Sequence record: SRR2962707_1907
DNA length: 32,492 nt
Direction: 5' to 3' (one strand)
Shown here: piece by piece, positions 15,781 to 27,013 of the stretch
Layout of the letters: every line of letters begins with the position of its first letter
How positions within the stretch are numbered: position 1 is the stretch's first letter
Position numbers and translations under genes: made by a program
Notes under the pieces: generated by a model
Database searches by the model: none
What the model saw: the letters and a program-made list of their open reading frames with translations, nothing else
What the model was told of the DNA's origin: nothing

Positions 15781-17133
15781 ATGACTTCATCACGCACCGA
15801 ACCCTATTCCATCAGCCGTCTCAACCTGGAAGCCCAGGGACTGCTGGAAGGCAGTTTCCCGCTGATCTGGTTGCAGGGGGAGCTGTCCAATCTGTCCCGT
15901 CCCCGTTCCGGCCATTGGTATTTCAGCCTCAAGGACGACCGCGCCCAGGTCAACGGCGCCATGTTCCGCAATCGCAATCAGTTGCTGCGCTTCCAGCCCC
16001 GCGACGGTCAGCAGGTGCTGGTGCGCGCCAGGGTCACGCTGTACGTGCCGCGTGGCGGTTTCCAATTGGTAGTGGAGCACATGGAAGAGGCCGGCGAAGG
16101 GGCGCTGCGGGCCCAGTTCGAGGCGCTCAAGGCGAAACTGGAGGCGGAAGGGCTGTTCGCCAGCGAACGCAAGCGCCCCCTGCCCCGCTGGCCGCGCCGC
16201 ATCGGCGTGATCACCAGCCCCAGCGGCGCCGCGGTGCGCGATGTGGTGCAGGTGCTGAAACGCCGCTGTCCCGGCATTCCGGTGCTGGTCTACCCGGCGG
16301 CGGTACAGGGCGATGAAGCACCAATGCAACTGCGCCGGGCGTTGGACCTGGCGGTGCGGCGGGCGGATTGCGACGTGCTGGTGATCGGCCGGGGCGGCGG
16401 TTCGCTGGAGGATCTGTGGGCGTTCAACGATGAAGCCCTGGTGCGGGCGGTGGCGGCTTGCCCGATTCCCATTGTCTCGGCGGTGGGCCATGAGGTGGAC
16501 GTGGCGCTGACGGATTTCGCCGCTGATTTGCGCGCGCCCACGCCGTCGGCGGCGGCGGAGCTGGTGAGCCCGGACGGCGAGGCGATTCTGGCGCGGCTGG
16601 ATCAGTTGCAGCGCCGCCAGCACCGGGCGGTGGCCGGCACGCTGCAATATCGCCGGCAGCGGCTGAGCCAGCTGGCCCACCGGCTGCAGTTGCGCCACCC
16701 GCAGCGGGAGCTGGAACAGCGCCGGCAGCAGGTGGACGAATATCAGGCCCGTCTGCAACGGGCGCTGCAGCACAAGCAGACGCTGCTGCAAGCGCGGCTG
16801 GATCGCTTGAAAGGGCGGGTGATGCAGCAGTCCCCGCGTCAGCGGCTGGCGCTGCAGCGGCAACGTCTGCTGGGCCTGCAACGGCGGCTGCCGGTGCCGT
16901 TGCTGCACCAGCGCAGCCAATTGCAGCAGCGGCTCACCGGGCTGGGCCGGCGGTTGCACACCGCCAGTCCGCTGGCGACGCTGGACCGGGGTTATTCGCT
17001 GACGCTGGCCGAGGGCCAGCCGCTGCGTTCGGTGGAAACCCTGCGGGAAGGCCAGACCGTGGAAACGCAGCTGGCGGATGGCCGCTTCGAATCCAAAGTC
17101 ACCCGGCTTCTGCCGTCTTCAGATAACGACTGA
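15781..17133 (+). CDS. xseA: Exodeoxyribonuclease VII large subunit
   Basis: SGHWYFSLKD, RGGGSLEDLWAFN, VGHE-x-D, TPSAAAE; divergent from guaB as is usual. Confidence 0.97.
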   Translation: MTSSRTEPYSISRLNLEAQGLLEGSFPLIWLQGELSNLSRPRSGHWYFSLKDDRAQVNGAMFRNRNQLLRFQPRDGQQVLVRARVTLYVPRGGFQLVVEHMEEAGEGALRAQFEALKAKLEAEGLFASERKRPLPRWPRRIGVITSPSGAAVRDVVQVLKRRCPGIPVLVYPAAVQGDEAPMQLRRALDLAVRRADCDVLVIGRGGGSLEDLWAFNDEALVRAVAACPIPIVSAVGHEVDVALTDFAADLRAPTPSAAAELVSPDGEAILARLDQLQRRQHRAVAGTLQYRRQRLSQLAHRLQLRHPQRELEQRRQQVDEYQARLQRALQHKQTLLQARLDRLKGRVMQQSPRQRLALQRQRLLGLQRRLPVPLLHQRSQLQQRLTGLGRRLHTASPLATLDRGYSLTLAEGQPLRSVETLREGQTVETQLADGRFESKVTRLLPSSDND

Positions 17134-18985
17134 GCAACTTCGCCAGCAATTGCCGGCGGTAGGGTTTGGCCAGGTGGTCGTCCATGCCCGAGGCGAGGCA
17201 ACGTTCCCGTTCCTCTCCCAAGGCGTTGGCGGTGAGCGCGATGATCGGCACCGGCGAGCGGCCCGCCGCCCGTTCCCAGCGGCGGATCGCCCGGGTCGCT
17301 TCCAGGCCGTCCATCACTGGCATTTGCACGTCCATCAGCACCACGTCGAAGTTTTCTCCCTGAATGGTGTTGAGCGCGGTTTCGCCATCGCCACAGCTGA
17401 CCACTTCAAGCCCCAGATTTTCCAGCATGCGCGCCGCCACCATGCGGTTGACCAGGTTGTCTTCCACCAGCAGAGCGCGGCCGCTCAGGAGGCCATCGTC
17501 GATGCGCGGGCCATCGCTGGCCAGCTCCCCGGCGACCCGGGCGCGCACACGCAATCGCAAGGTGAAACAGCTACCCTCTCCGGGCTGGCTTTTGACGGCC
17601 AGATCGCCCCCGAGCATTTCCGCCAGGCGCCGGGCAATGGCCAGCCCCAGGCCGGTACCGCCGTAACGGCGCGACGGCGACGCATCCAGTTGAGAGAAGG
17701 CCACAAACAGGCGGTCGCGCTGGGCGTCGGAAATACCGATGCCGGTGTCGGTGACGGACAGCGACAGGTTCATCAGGCCGTGCTCATCGGCGGCGGCCTG
17801 GATGGTCACCCGCACCCCACCCTGCTCGGTGAACTTCACCGCGTTGGAGATCAGGTTGCTGAGAATCTGCCGCAAGCGCGTGGGGTCGGAATACAGGTCA
17901 TAGCCTTCCAGTTGCTCCAGCCCTTCCAGCTCCAGGTACAGGCCTTTGTGGCGCGCCACATAGCGGAACGTGCCGATGCAGTTTTCCAACAGCGGGCCGG
18001 GGGCGAAGAAGGTCTGATCGATGTCCATGCGCCCGGCTTCGATGCGCGAGAAATCGAGAATGTCGTTGATCACTTCCAGCAGGTGGCCGGTGGATTCCAG
18101 TGCCGCCTGGGTGTACTCGCGCTGCTCCTCATTCTGCTTCGTGGTTTCCAGCAGTTGCAGCATGCCGAGCACGCCATTCATGGGGGTGCGCAGTTCATGG
18201 CTCATCATCGCCAGGAAGTCGGTTTTCGCCTGGCTGGCCTGCTGCGCGCTGCGATGGGCTTGCCGCAATTCCCCCATGGCCCGTTGTTGATCGGCGCGGG
18301 CGCGCTCCAGACCAGAGGCCAGTTCGTTGATGTCCCGCTGCAGATCCGACAGTTCCCCCTGCAGATGGTGGTCACCGCGGGCGCGGTAATCACCGCCGCG
18401 AATCACCCGCACCAGACCGGACAGATAGGACAGCGGCTCGGCGATGCGGCGGGCCAGATAACCAGCACACACCAGGCCCACCATCATCGCCAGCAAGGCC
18501 GGCACCAGGCTGGCGGCGAGGATTTCCTTTTGCCGCGCCGCCAGCAGTTCCGGGGCCAGCCCCAGCACCACTTCGCCGACCCGGTCTCCGGGATCCACAT
18601 AGCGCTCGGTTTCAGAAGCGGACAGCGGCTGCCGATAGATGCCCGCGCGGAATTCCAGCAGTCCGCCGCGCCCGTCGCTGGTGGCCCGGCCTTCGCTCAA
18701 TAACACCTGGCCGGTCTCGTCACGGAACGCCACGTAATAGACGTCCGGGCGTTGCAGTGCCATGTTGGCGTGACGGCGCAGCTCCGAAGTGTTGCCGGAG
18801 AGCACGCCGTACTCGGCGGCGGCGGCCAGCTGGCGGGCCAGGAAGCCGCCCAGTTCGCGCACTTCGTTGTCGGCGTCCTGCAGACGCTGCCAGGTGAGTG
18901 TCACCAGCACCAGAACCAGCATGATCAGCGCCGGTATCACACCGAGCCAGCGCAACTGCCGGCGAATCCCCCCCTGGGCCATCAT
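17099..18985 (-). CDS. Hybrid sensor histidine kinase/response regulator (two TM, HAMP, HisKA, HATPase, REC)
   Basis: [47 protein letters not shown] overlaps the upstream stop (ATGA) and has a GGAGG RBS. Confidence 0.92.
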   Translation of the reverse strand: MMAQGGIRRQLRWLGVIPALIMLVLVLVTLTWQRLQDADNEVRELGGFLARQLAAAAEYGVLSGNTSELRRHANMALQRPDVYYVAFRDETGQVLLSEGRATSDGRGGLLEFRAGIYRQPLSASETERYVDPGDRVGEVVLGLAPELLAARQKEILAASLVPALLAMMVGLVCAGYLARRIAEPLSYLSGLVRVIRGGDYRARGDHHLQGELSDLQRDINELASGLERARADQQRAMGELRQAHRSAQQASQAKTDFLAMMSHELRTPMNGVLGMLQLLETTKQNEEQREYTQAALESTGHLLEVINDILDFSRIEAGRMDIDQTFFAPGPLLENCIGTFRYVARHKGLYLELEGLEQLEGYDLYSDPTRLRQILSNLISNAVKFTEQGGVRVTIQAAADEHGLMNLSLSVTDTGIGISDAQRDRLFVAFSQLDASPSRRYGGTGLGLAIARRLAEMLGGDLAVKSQPGEGSCFTLRLRVRARVAGELASDGPRIDDGLLSGRALLVEDNLVNRMVAARMLENLGLEVVSCGDGETALNTIQGENFDVVLMDVQMPVMDGLEATRAIRRWERAAGRSPVPIIALTANALGEERERCLASGMDDHLAKPYRRQLLAKLLSRYLKTAEAG

Positions 18986-19842
18986 GGCTGTTCCTCCCAT
19001 TTTCGTTGTAACGCCCGGGGTTCCCAAAGCGGCAGGTTATAGGCGCGTGCCACGTGCTCATTGACGCTGATACTGCTGTGCTCGACAAAATCCGGCGACG
19101 GCCAGTGCCCTTGTCGCCGCCATTGGTCGAGCCAGCGCAATGTTTGCCGTGCCAACGCCGGCAAAGAGGAATGAACACTGGCGACACTGCCGGCGTTGAC
19201 GAACCCCTGACCAGGGCCGACCACGGGCACTCGTTGGCGGTAGCCGGAGAGTAAAATGAGTTTGGCGGTGCCGGCGTTGAACAGCGTCTCGTCTTCCGGC
19301 AGTAACAGCAAATCCCACTGTGGCAAGTACCTTCTCAGCAGCGGTCCGATGCCGGCGGCGGAGGAAACCGGCATCCAGTCCAGTTGCAGGGAAGCGGTGG
19401 CCGCCGACGGCAGCGGCTGCCAGGCGCTGTCGGGGCCATACAAAACGCCAACGCGGCTGACTCCGGGAAAGAGGATCTCGATCAGGCGCAACTGTTGTTC
19501 CAGCGACACGCCACTCCAGATCGCGCTGCACTGGCAATCCCGGCGTCTGGCCTCGTCAACCACCGCCGGCGGCACCGAAACACCCAGCACCGGGCCGCCC
19601 TCTTCCACCGCGCGCCGAAACGGAGCGGCGCCCAACGCCAGGGTAACGTCGGCGCCACTTTCCACCAGACTCCAGGGCAATACGGGCGGCACCTGCTCCA
19701 GGGCCAGCAGAAAGGCGCCGCGCTGCTGCGGCTGGTCGCTGATCACGCGCACGCGCAGCGGGTCGTCGGCCGCCGCCGACAGCGAATATAACGCGAGGGT
19801 TGCGAGCAGAATCCGGGCCTTCCTTGACCAGCGCACGCTCAA
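18982..19842 (-). CDS. Periplasmic ABC-type substrate-binding-like protein
   Basis: Signal peptide (...YSLSAAA), RVGVLY, FV-x-AG and NEHVA motifs; start may be GTG 19836. Confidence 0.72.
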   Translation of the reverse strand: MSVRWSRKARILLATLALYSLSAAADDPLRVRVISDQPQQRGAFLLALEQVPPVLPWSLVESGADVTLALGAAPFRRAVEEGGPVLGVSVPPAVVDEARRRDCQCSAIWSGVSLEQQLRLIEILFPGVSRVGVLYGPDSAWQPLPSAATASLQLDWMPVSSAAGIGPLLRRYLPQWDLLLLPEDETLFNAGTAKLILLSGYRQRVPVVGPGQGFVNAGSVASVHSSLPALARQTLRWLDQWRRQGHWPSPDFVEHSSISVNEHVARAYNLPLWEPRALQRKWEEQP

Positions 19843-19930
19843 TGACCTCCCCGCGGTGCGACACCGATCCGCTCCTCGCCGGTGAAGGCGAGGAGTCGGA
19901 CGTTATGGAAAAGGCGTCGCTCCGTCATAG

Positions 19931-22033
19931 TCAGAACCGCAAAGCCAGGGTTAGCCAGAACCGTTCATCAGCCCGATAGCGATTTTCCTCGAACACCACC
20001 GGCTCGTTTTCGAGGAAGTGCTGCACCAACAGGCTGGCCTCCAGGTGGGTCGGCCCCAGGGCACGGCGATAAGCCAGTTGCAGATCCAGGCGTTCGTAAG
20101 GGTGATTGTTATAGTCCCGCGCCAGGTAATAGCCGCTGGAAAGCCACCAGTTCCGCAGCACGTGCCATTCCCACAGGGCGCTGCCGCTGTCACGGGCGGC
20201 GAAGCGTAATTCCGTGTCACGGTTGCCGCGGGTATGGATGTGGGCGCCGCTGAGACGCAGCCAGTGATGCGCGCCGGGCCGCCAGCTGAGCTGCGCTTCG
20301 GTACCGCGATGGCTGACCTTGCCGCTGTTGTCGGCGTCAAAATTCACCGGGCTGATGGGGCCGCTGATCAGGTCCCAGAGCTCTTCCTGGAAATAACGCA
20401 CATCCAGTTCCACGTCACCGAAGTGGCCGTAGTAACCCCATTCCCGAGAGCGGATACGTTCCGGTTTCAGATTGCCATCGGCCTGTTCGCTGACAAAGAA
20501 GTAGGCCGGATCCCACCCCAGCCAGTCCGCGGTGCGGTCGCCAAAAGGTCCGTTGAGCCGGCTGATCGGCGCGTTGGAATGGGCCTGGTCCTCGTAGATG
20601 TCCGGCGAGCGCAGGCCACGGGCGTATACCCAACGCAAATGGTGTCCGGGCTTCAGTTGCCAGGACAAACCGACGCGCGGCGTGAAGTGCTCGCCGTTGA
20701 GGTCATCATATTCCCAGTACCCGCCCAGATTGGCGGTGAACCGGAACAGCGGCTTCAGCGCCAGATTGGCAAAAGCGCGGCGGCTGACGTTATCGGCGGT
20801 GCCGCTGAGGTAGGTTTGCGAGCTGCCCCGGTCGTAGCGCAGGTTGAGTCCCGCCACCAGCCGCGCCCACGAGTTGATTTGAACGGTATCCTGGATTTCC
20901 AGGTCGTAACGATGCTCGCGCACGTCCAGGTAACTGGTGCCACAAAAACGGTCAGCGCCGCTGCTGAGCAAGTTGGCGTAGCGCTGCTGTACCGCCGGGT
21001 CGGCGGGCGCGGCGGCCAGTGTGGCGTCAATGTCACCATCGTGGGCCAGATACAGGTCGCGCATTTCCTTCGAGAAAAGCAGGCCGCCGCCAGCGCCGTG
21101 CCGCCCGGTGAGCGGGTCGAAATAACACATGGTCAGCGGCAACTCTTCGTCCGAATACTGGGCGTAACCCGAGACCTTAAGTTGATGCCAGTCAGACAGT
21201 TGGCGTTCCCACACCATGCCGGCAAAGGCGCTGTCGTCGCGCTGTATCGCCAGACGCTGATAATCGCCCAGCCCGCGAAGACTGCTTTCCGGCGCCCGTT
21301 CCAGTTTTGAACGGCTACCGCCGAAGTAAAGGCTGAGCACGTCGCCATTATCCAGCTCCAAGACTCCGCGACTATTAACGCTTTGGGTGCGTTTGGCATC
21401 GCCGTCCTCCATCGGCGGCAAGCCGGCGTCGTAACCGTCGTCGGCGCGGCTCTCCACGGAGATCCGGAAGGCACTGTCGCCGAGGTGCCAGCCGCCGCTG
21501 ACATAGGCGTCACGAATGCCATTGTTGCCGGCGCGCAGACGCACTCTCTGGCCTTCGCTGTCGCGTGGATCGCGACTGATGATATTGATCACCCCGGAAA
21601 AGGCGTTGGCGCCGTAGGCCGCGGCGGCCGGGCCACGAGTGACCTCAATGCGCTCCACATCCTCCAGAGCGATAGGGAGATCATTCCAGTTGACCCGCGC
21701 CAGTCCCGGCCGATAAACACTGCGGCCGTCCAGCAATACCAGCATGCGGCGATGATCACGGGCCTGGGTGCCGTGATAGGACACCGACGGTACATTGCCG
21801 TCGGCCTTGGCCACGCTCATGCCGGGAACCAGCCGCATGACCTGATACAGTTCCCGGGCGCCGCTGGCGCGAATCATGTCCTGGGTGATGATGGTGACAC
21901 TGGCGGGGACTTCGGAGAGAGGCTGATCGAGGCGGGCCGGGGTCAGCACCCGGGGGATATCCGGGCCGGCCATTTCCTGGGCATGGCTCAGCCCCACCGT
22001 ACTTGCCAGTACGGCGGCGGACCAGAGTCGCAT
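19931..22033 (-). CDS. TonB-dependent receptor
   Basis: Plug domain (PASVTII...ERIEVTRGPAAAAYGANAFSGVINIISR) and C-terminal Phe; start ATG 22033 or GTG 22051. Confidence 0.93.
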   Translation of the reverse strand: MRLWSAAVLASTVGLSHAQEMAGPDIPRVLTPARLDQPLSEVPASVTIITQDMIRASGARELYQVMRLVPGMSVAKADGNVPSVSYHGTQARDHRRMLVLLDGRSVYRPGLARVNWNDLPIALEDVERIEVTRGPAAAAYGANAFSGVINIISRDPRDSEGQRVRLRAGNNGIRDAYVSGGWHLGDSAFRISVESRADDGYDAGLPPMEDGDAKRTQSVNSRGVLELDNGDVLSLYFGGSRSKLERAPESSLRGLGDYQRLAIQRDDSAFAGMVWERQLSDWHQLKVSGYAQYSDEELPLTMCYFDPLTGRHGAGGGLLFSKEMRDLYLAHDGDIDATLAAAPADPAVQQRYANLLSSGADRFCGTSYLDVREHRYDLEIQDTVQINSWARLVAGLNLRYDRGSSQTYLSGTADNVSRRAFANLALKPLFRFTANLGGYWEYDDLNGEHFTPRVGLSWQLKPGHHLRWVYARGLRSPDIYEDQAHSNAPISRLNGPFGDRTADWLGWDPAYFFVSEQADGNLKPERIRSREWGYYGHFGDVELDVRYFQEELWDLISGPISPVNFDADNSGKVSHRGTEAQLSWRPGAHHWLRLSGAHIHTRGNRDTELRFAARDSGSALWEWHVLRNWWLSSGYYLARDYNNHPYERLDLQLAYRRALGPTHLEASLLVQHFLENEPVVFEENRYRADERFWLTLALRF

Positions 22034-22132
22034 TCCACAGTGGTATCGCACCCCGTGCTCCCCCCGCTTGATCCGGAACCGTGCCGTCCCCACGACGGCA
22101 GCCGTTCTCCGTTTTTTCTATCGGAATCCGAG

Positions 22133-23530
22133 TTATTTCTTGATGTGCTTCATCATGCGCCGACGACGGCGGATCTGCCGATCAGTCAGCGGATTCTTGC
22201 GCCCCTCGTAGGGGTTGTCGCCGGATTTCAGCTCCAGCCGGATCGGCGACCCCTCGATTTTCAGCAGTTCCCGGAACCGGTTCTCCAGATAACGCCGGTA
22301 ACTGACCGGCAATGAATCAGTACGGTTACCGTGAATCACCACCACCGGCGGGTTCGAGCCGCCCAGGTGCGCGTAACGCAGCTTGGCGCGAAAACGGCCG
22401 CTGCGAGGCGGCGGATGGGAATGGGTGATGTCTTCCAGCATGCGCGTCAGGGCATTGCTGCCGATCTTGATGAAAGCGGAATCCCAGGCCCGCTCCACCA
22501 GACCGAACAAGTCGCCGACGCCGGTGCCGTGCAGGGCGGAAATGAATTTTATTTTGGCCCAGGGCACGAATTGCAGGCGGCGATCCAGTTGCTGCTTGAC
22601 CCACTCTTTGTGATCGCTTTCCAGACCATCCCACTTGTTCATGGCGATCACCAGGGCGCGGCCGGCTTCCAGCACATAGCCCAACAGGTGCAGATCCTGG
22701 TCACTGATGCCGTCGCGGGCATCCACCACCAGCAACACCACCTGGGCAGCGTCCACCGCCTGCAGCGCCTTGATCACCGAGAATTTTTCGATGGTCTCGT
22801 GGACTTTTCCCCGGCGGCGCACCCCGGCGGTGTCGATCAGCACATAAGGCCGGCCATTGCGCTCGAACGGCACCTCAATGGAATCCCGGGTGGTGCCGGC
22901 CTGGTCGAACACCACCACCCGCTCTTCGCCAAGAATACGGTTGATCAGCGTGGATTTGCCCACATTGGGGCGGCCCAGCACCGCTACCCGCACGGTGTCC
23001 GGGGCTTCCGGTTCTTCCTCTTCACCGGTTTCTTCCGGCTCGGGGAAGACGGCCAGCACCTCGTCCATCAGCGCGCGTACACCACGCCCGTGGGCGGCGG
23101 CGATGGGCAGCACCTGGGTCAGCCCCAGAGCGTAGAAATCCGCCATGGCGGAATCCGGGTCCAGGCCATCGGTCTTGTTCACCACCAGAAACACCGGCTT
23201 GGGCAGCTTGCGCAACTCCGAGGCCACCTGTTGATCGGCGGCGGTCAGGCCGGCGCGGCCGTCCACCAGGAACAGCACGGCGTCCGCTTCACCCACGGCA
23301 AGCAGGGCCTGATCGGTCATCGGCCGGTCTATGCCCTCCTCGCTTTCGCCGATACCGCCGGTATCGACCACGATGTAGGGCCGGTCGCCCATGCGGCCGT
23401 CCCCGTACTTGCGGTCACGGGTGAGCCCGGGAAAGTCCGCCACCAGGGCGTCCCGGGTACGGGTGAGGCGATTGAACAGGGTGGACTTGCCCACATTGGG
23501 GCGGCCCACCAGGGCGATAACCGGTTTCAT
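22133..23530 (-). CDS. der: Ribosome biogenesis GTPase Der (EngA)
   Basis: Two GRPNVGKS G domains, followed by the KH-like domain. Confidence 0.99.
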   Translation of the reverse strand: MKPVIALVGRPNVGKSTLFNRLTRTRDALVADFPGLTRDRKYGDGRMGDRPYIVVDTGGIGESEEGIDRPMTDQALLAVGEADAVLFLVDGRAGLTAADQQVASELRKLPKPVFLVVNKTDGLDPDSAMADFYALGLTQVLPIAAAHGRGVRALMDEVLAVFPEPEETGEEEEPEAPDTVRVAVLGRPNVGKSTLINRILGEERVVVFDQAGTTRDSIEVPFERNGRPYVLIDTAGVRRRGKVHETIEKFSVIKALQAVDAAQVVLLVVDARDGISDQDLHLLGYVLEAGRALVIAMNKWDGLESDHKEWVKQQLDRRLQFVPWAKIKFISALHGTGVGDLFGLVERAWDSAFIKIGSNALTRMLEDITHSHPPPRSGRFRAKLRYAHLGGSNPPVVVIHGNRTDSLPVSYRRYLENRFRELLKIEGSPIRLELKSGDNPYEGRKNPLTDRQIRRRRRMMKHIKK

Positions 23531-23645
23531 GCGGCACTCTGACGGTATATTGGGGCGCTATGGTATTAACTTAGCGGGAAAGTTGCCAAATTAATCGGCA
23601 ATGGCTGGGACGATGGTGTCGGAATGGCTTCGCCTTTCCTCAAAC

Positions 23646-23722
23646 GCCCCCTCTCCCCTCAAGGGAGAGGGGGCCGAATAGAAAGGTCTGTCTCGTCTCC
23701 CCTCTCCCTTGAGGGGAGAGGG
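23646..23722. repeat. Inverted doublet of CCCTCTCCC/GGGAGAGGG palindromes (REP/BoxC-like)
   Basis: 23649-23672 is the perfect 24-bp reverse complement of 23699-23722; each unit is itself a hairpin. Confidence 0.75.
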
Positions 23723-23740
23723 TGAAAAGAGCGTCCCGGA

Positions 23741-24946
23741 TCAGTCCCGGGCTTCCAGGCGGTAGGCGGCCAGACGGCCCTCGCTGCCAAGCACGTAGAT
23801 GACGTCGTCGTGGCGGATCGGCGCGGACACAATGGGCTTGCCGCGATGGCGATAGCGGGCCACCAGCTTGCCGTCGCTCTGATCCATCCAGTGCAGATAG
23901 CCTTCGTAGTCACCGACCACCACCAGGTCGTCCTGCACTGCGGTACCGGTGAGGCGGCGGCCATAGAGCTTGTCCTGCTGCCACAGGAAGGTGCCGCTGC
24001 GCTGGTCGACGCCGCGAACCAGGCCCTGATCATCGCTGACGAACAGCGTGCCCAGATCGGAACTGAGGCGCTGGTGGCTGGAAATGTCCTTGGCCCAGTA
24101 GGGGCGGCCGTTTTCCCAGTCCAGCACCGCCACCTTGCCCTGGAACGTAGCGGTGAACACGCCACCATTCTCCACGATCAGGCTGGTGTTGATGTCCACC
24201 AGACGGTCCAGTTCGGAGCGGCCGGTGGGCTCGGCCACCCGGCGCTCCCAGATCGGCGAACCGGTCTGTTCGTCCAGGCACACCACCTTGCCGCCGGAAA
24301 ACGCCGCGTAGACACGCCCGGCGGTGACCACCGGCTGTGTGCCGCCCAGCAGAATCAGGTTGGGGATGGCGGTCTCGTACTCCCAGCGCGGCTCACCGGT
24401 TTCACTATCAAGCGCCTGGATACGGCCGTCGATGGTCTGGTACAGCGCCAGGGAACTGGTGCCGGTGGGGGCGGAGAGGATCTCGCTGCTCAACTGGCGG
24501 CGCCACAATTCGCTGCCGTCCTCGGCGGACAGCGCCACCGCCTCGCCTTCCCGGGTGCCGTAGTAGACCTTGCCGTAGCCGGCGAAGAGGCCGCCGGAGA
24601 TGCGATCCTCGGTCTTTTTACGCCATTGCCGGTCGCCGTCTTCGCGGTTGAACGCGTAGACCTGACCGTGCACGTCGGCGGCGAACACTTGCTGGCTGGT
24701 CACCGCCGGGCTCAGTTTTATCGAGGTCTCGTCCATGCCGTCGCCGGCATTGGCTTTCCACAGCCGTTTGACCTTGTAGGCACTGTCGAAGTCCGGCAGA
24801 TCATTGGGCTCGATGGCGTTGGGGTTGCTGCTGCATCCGGTCAGCACCAGCGCGCCCGCCACCAGGGCCACCAGGCCGCGCGTGGTGAGGGAGCGGCGCA
24901 GACCGCCGGAGGCTTGGGAGGCTTTAAGAGGCTGCATAAATCTCAC
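23741..24946 (-). CDS. bamB: Outer membrane protein assembly factor BamB
   Basis: Lipobox LTGC, PQQ-type propeller repeats, ELDRLVD; synteny. Start may be ATG 24937. Confidence 0.95.
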   Translation of the reverse strand: MRFMQPLKASQASGGLRRSLTTRGLVALVAGALVLTGCSSNPNAIEPNDLPDFDSAYKVKRLWKANAGDGMDETSIKLSPAVTSQQVFAADVHGQVYAFNREDGDRQWRKKTEDRISGGLFAGYGKVYYGTREGEAVALSAEDGSELWRRQLSSEILSAPTGTSSLALYQTIDGRIQALDSETGEPRWEYETAIPNLILLGGTQPVVTAGRVYAAFSGGKVVCLDEQTGSPIWERRVAEPTGRSELDRLVDINTSLIVENGGVFTATFQGKVAVLDWENGRPYWAKDISSHQRLSSDLGTLFVSDDQGLVRGVDQRSGTFLWQQDKLYGRRLTGTAVQDDLVVVGDYEGYLHWMDQSDGKLVARYRHRGKPIVSAPIRHDDVIYVLGSEGRLAAYRLEARD

Positions 24947-25590
24947 GATTGACGGTTCAGGTCATCCAGTTTCATTTGCACGCGGTCACTTCCCCCCTGG
25001 CCGCCCATGGCTTCCAGTGCGGAAGCATAAGCGTCCCGTGCTTCGTCCCATTGTTGCCTGGCCTTGGCGACATCGCCTTTGAGCTCCAGGGCCTGCCCCT
25101 GCATGGCCTCGGGCCAGGTACGGCCCAATTCCTTGCCGGCGGCGTCCAGCTCGTTCTGGGCGATCAACACTCGCACCAGGCGTAAACGGGCCACGTGTTC
25201 CAGTTCCTTGGTGGCGGGTTTGTCCACCACCAAGCGCAGTTGACTGGCGGCTTCGTCCAGATCGCCGTCCTGCACCGCCAGTTTGGCCAGTGCCAGATGG
25301 GCGTAACCGGCGTAGCTGCTGCCGGCGAACTGGTCGATCAAGGCTTCGGCATTGGTTTTCACCACGCCGGCATCGCCGTCGCCGGCGCCCGTCGGCATCG
25401 CGCCGATCATCTTCTCGTACAGGCCGGAGGCCTTGCCGGCTTCAACGCTTTGATGCTGCTGCCATTGCCGCCAGCCGATCATGGAACCCACCGCCAGTAC
25501 GATCACCACTACCGTGGCCACGCCGTTTTTCTGCCACCAGTTGCGCAGACGCTCGGCTTGTTCTTCTTCGTCACGGATGTAATCGGCCAC
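24943..25590 (-). CDS. yfgM: YfgM family TPR membrane protein (SecYEG ancillary)
   Basis: EEEQ...WW-x-x-NG, TM helix, TPR repeats; lies between hisS and bamB. Confidence 0.92.
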   Translation of the reverse strand: MADYIRDEEEQAERLRNWWQKNGVATVVVIVLAVGSMIGWRQWQQHQSVEAGKASGLYEKMIGAMPTGAGDGDAGVVKTNAEALIDQFAGSSYAGYAHLALAKLAVQDGDLDEAASQLRLVVDKPATKELEHVARLRLVRVLIAQNELDAAGKELGRTWPEAMQGQALELKGDVAKARQQWDEARDAYASALEAMGGQGGSDRVQMKLDDLNRQS

Positions 25591-25602
25591 CCCTGTTTCT
25601 CC

Positions 25603-26883
25603 TTACGCTTGTGATCTTGCGAGACGTTCGGCCAGCCAGTCGGCCAGGTCGGTCTCGGGCAATTGCTGTTGTTCCGCGTCTTCACGCAGCGGTTTCACCG
25701 CCACTTCCCCGCGCGCCACTTCGTCCTCGCCGAGGATCAGCGCGTAGCGGGCGCCGCTGCGGTCGGCTTTTTTCATCTGGCTCTTGAAGCTGCCGCCGCC
25801 ACAATGGGCGACGATGCCGACGCCGGGGAACCGGTCCCGCAGACGCTCGGCCAGGGCCAGAGCCTGGGACTGCACTTCGCCCATGGCAGCAATATAGAGT
25901 GCCACCGGCGCCGGCAGTTCCGGGTTTTGTTGTTCCAGCAGCAGAATCAGCCGCTCCAGGCCCATGGCGAAGCCCACAGCCGGAGTCGGCTTGCCGCCCA
26001 GTTGCGCCACCAGGCCGTCGTAACGGCCGCCGGCGCACACCGTGCCCTGGGCGCCCAGAGCCCGGGTGGTCCATTCGAATACGGTTTTGCCGTAATAGTC
26101 CAGCCCGCGCACCAAATAAGGGTTGAGGCGGTATTCGATCCCGGCGGCCTCAAGCAACGCACACAGCTTGCTGAAGTGCTCACGGGCATCGTGGTTAAGA
26201 AATTGTTCCAGCCGCGGCGCCTGTTCCAGCACTTCGCGGGTGCCGGCGTCCTTGCTGTCGAGCACGCGCAGCGGGTTGCGTTCCAGCCGGCGGCGGGAGT
26301 CGTCGTCCAGGCGCTCGCTGTGTTCGCGCAGGTAGGCCACCAGGGCATCACGGTAGCGGGCGCGGTCTTCGGAGTCTCCCAGGGAATTCAGTTCCAGGGT
26401 GACCTGATCGGATAAGCCCAGGGCTTTCCACAGGCGCGCGGAGAGCAGAATCACCTCGGCGTCGATGTCCGGTCCGTCCATGCCGAAGGTTTCCACGCCA
26501 ATCTGGTGGAACTGGCGATAACGGCCGGCCTGCGGACGCTCATGGCGGAACATGGGCCCGGCATACCAGAGCCGCTGGGTCTGGTTGTAGAGCAGACCGT
26601 GCTCCTCCGCGGCGCGCACGCAGCTGGCGGTGCCTTCCGGACGCAAGGTCAGGCTGTCGCCATTGCGGTCCTCGAAGGTGTACATCTCCTTCTCGACGAT
26701 ATCGGTGACTTCGCCGATGCCGCGCTTGAACAGATCGGTCTGCTCCAGGATCGGCGTGCGGATCTCCTGGTAGCCATAGGCCGCCAGCACCCCGCGCACT
26801 TTATCTTCCAGCCACTGCCACAGCGGCGTCTGCTGCGGCAGGATGTCGTTCATCCCGCGAATGGAGGTGATCTTCTTACCCAC
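25603..26883 (-). CDS. hisS: Histidine--tRNA ligase
   Basis: RGMND, LRPEGTA, FRHERPQ-x-[21 protein letters not shown]. Confidence 0.99.
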   Translation of the reverse strand: MGKKITSIRGMNDILPQQTPLWQWLEDKVRGVLAAYGYQEIRTPILEQTDLFKRGIGEVTDIVEKEMYTFEDRNGDSLTLRPEGTASCVRAAEEHGLLYNQTQRLWYAGPMFRHERPQAGRYRQFHQIGVETFGMDGPDIDAEVILLSARLWKALGLSDQVTLELNSLGDSEDRARYRDALVAYLREHSERLDDDSRRRLERNPLRVLDSKDAGTREVLEQAPRLEQFLNHDAREHFSKLCALLEAAGIEYRLNPYLVRGLDYYGKTVFEWTTRALGAQGTVCAGGRYDGLVAQLGGKPTPAVGFAMGLERLILLLEQQNPELPAPVALYIAAMGEVQSQALALAERLRDRFPGVGIVAHCGGGSFKSQMKKADRSGARYALILGEDEVARGEVAVKPLREDAEQQQLPETDLADWLAERLARSQA

Positions 26884-26896
26884 CGGTTCTCCTTGT

Positions 26897-27012
26897 TAAC
26901 GCTCGACGCCCGACGCTGCACGCCCGACGCTTGAAACCCGACCGGAAACAACAAACGCCGGAGACTTGCCGCTTTTCGGCGTCAAGCGTCCGGCGTCCGG
27001 CACCCGGCGTTC
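26897..27012. repeat. Inverted arrays of 7-nt tandem repeats (CGACGCY / RGCGTCC)
   Basis: Left TAACGCT CGACGCC CGACGCT GCACGCC CGACGCT TGAAACC; right GGCGTCA AGCGTCC GGCGTCC GGCACCC GGCGTTC. Confidence 0.7.
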
Positions 27013-27013
27013 T

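Noticed and set aside
26897-27012. CRISPR array
   Set aside because: Repeats are 7 nt with no unique spacers, and there are no cas genes.
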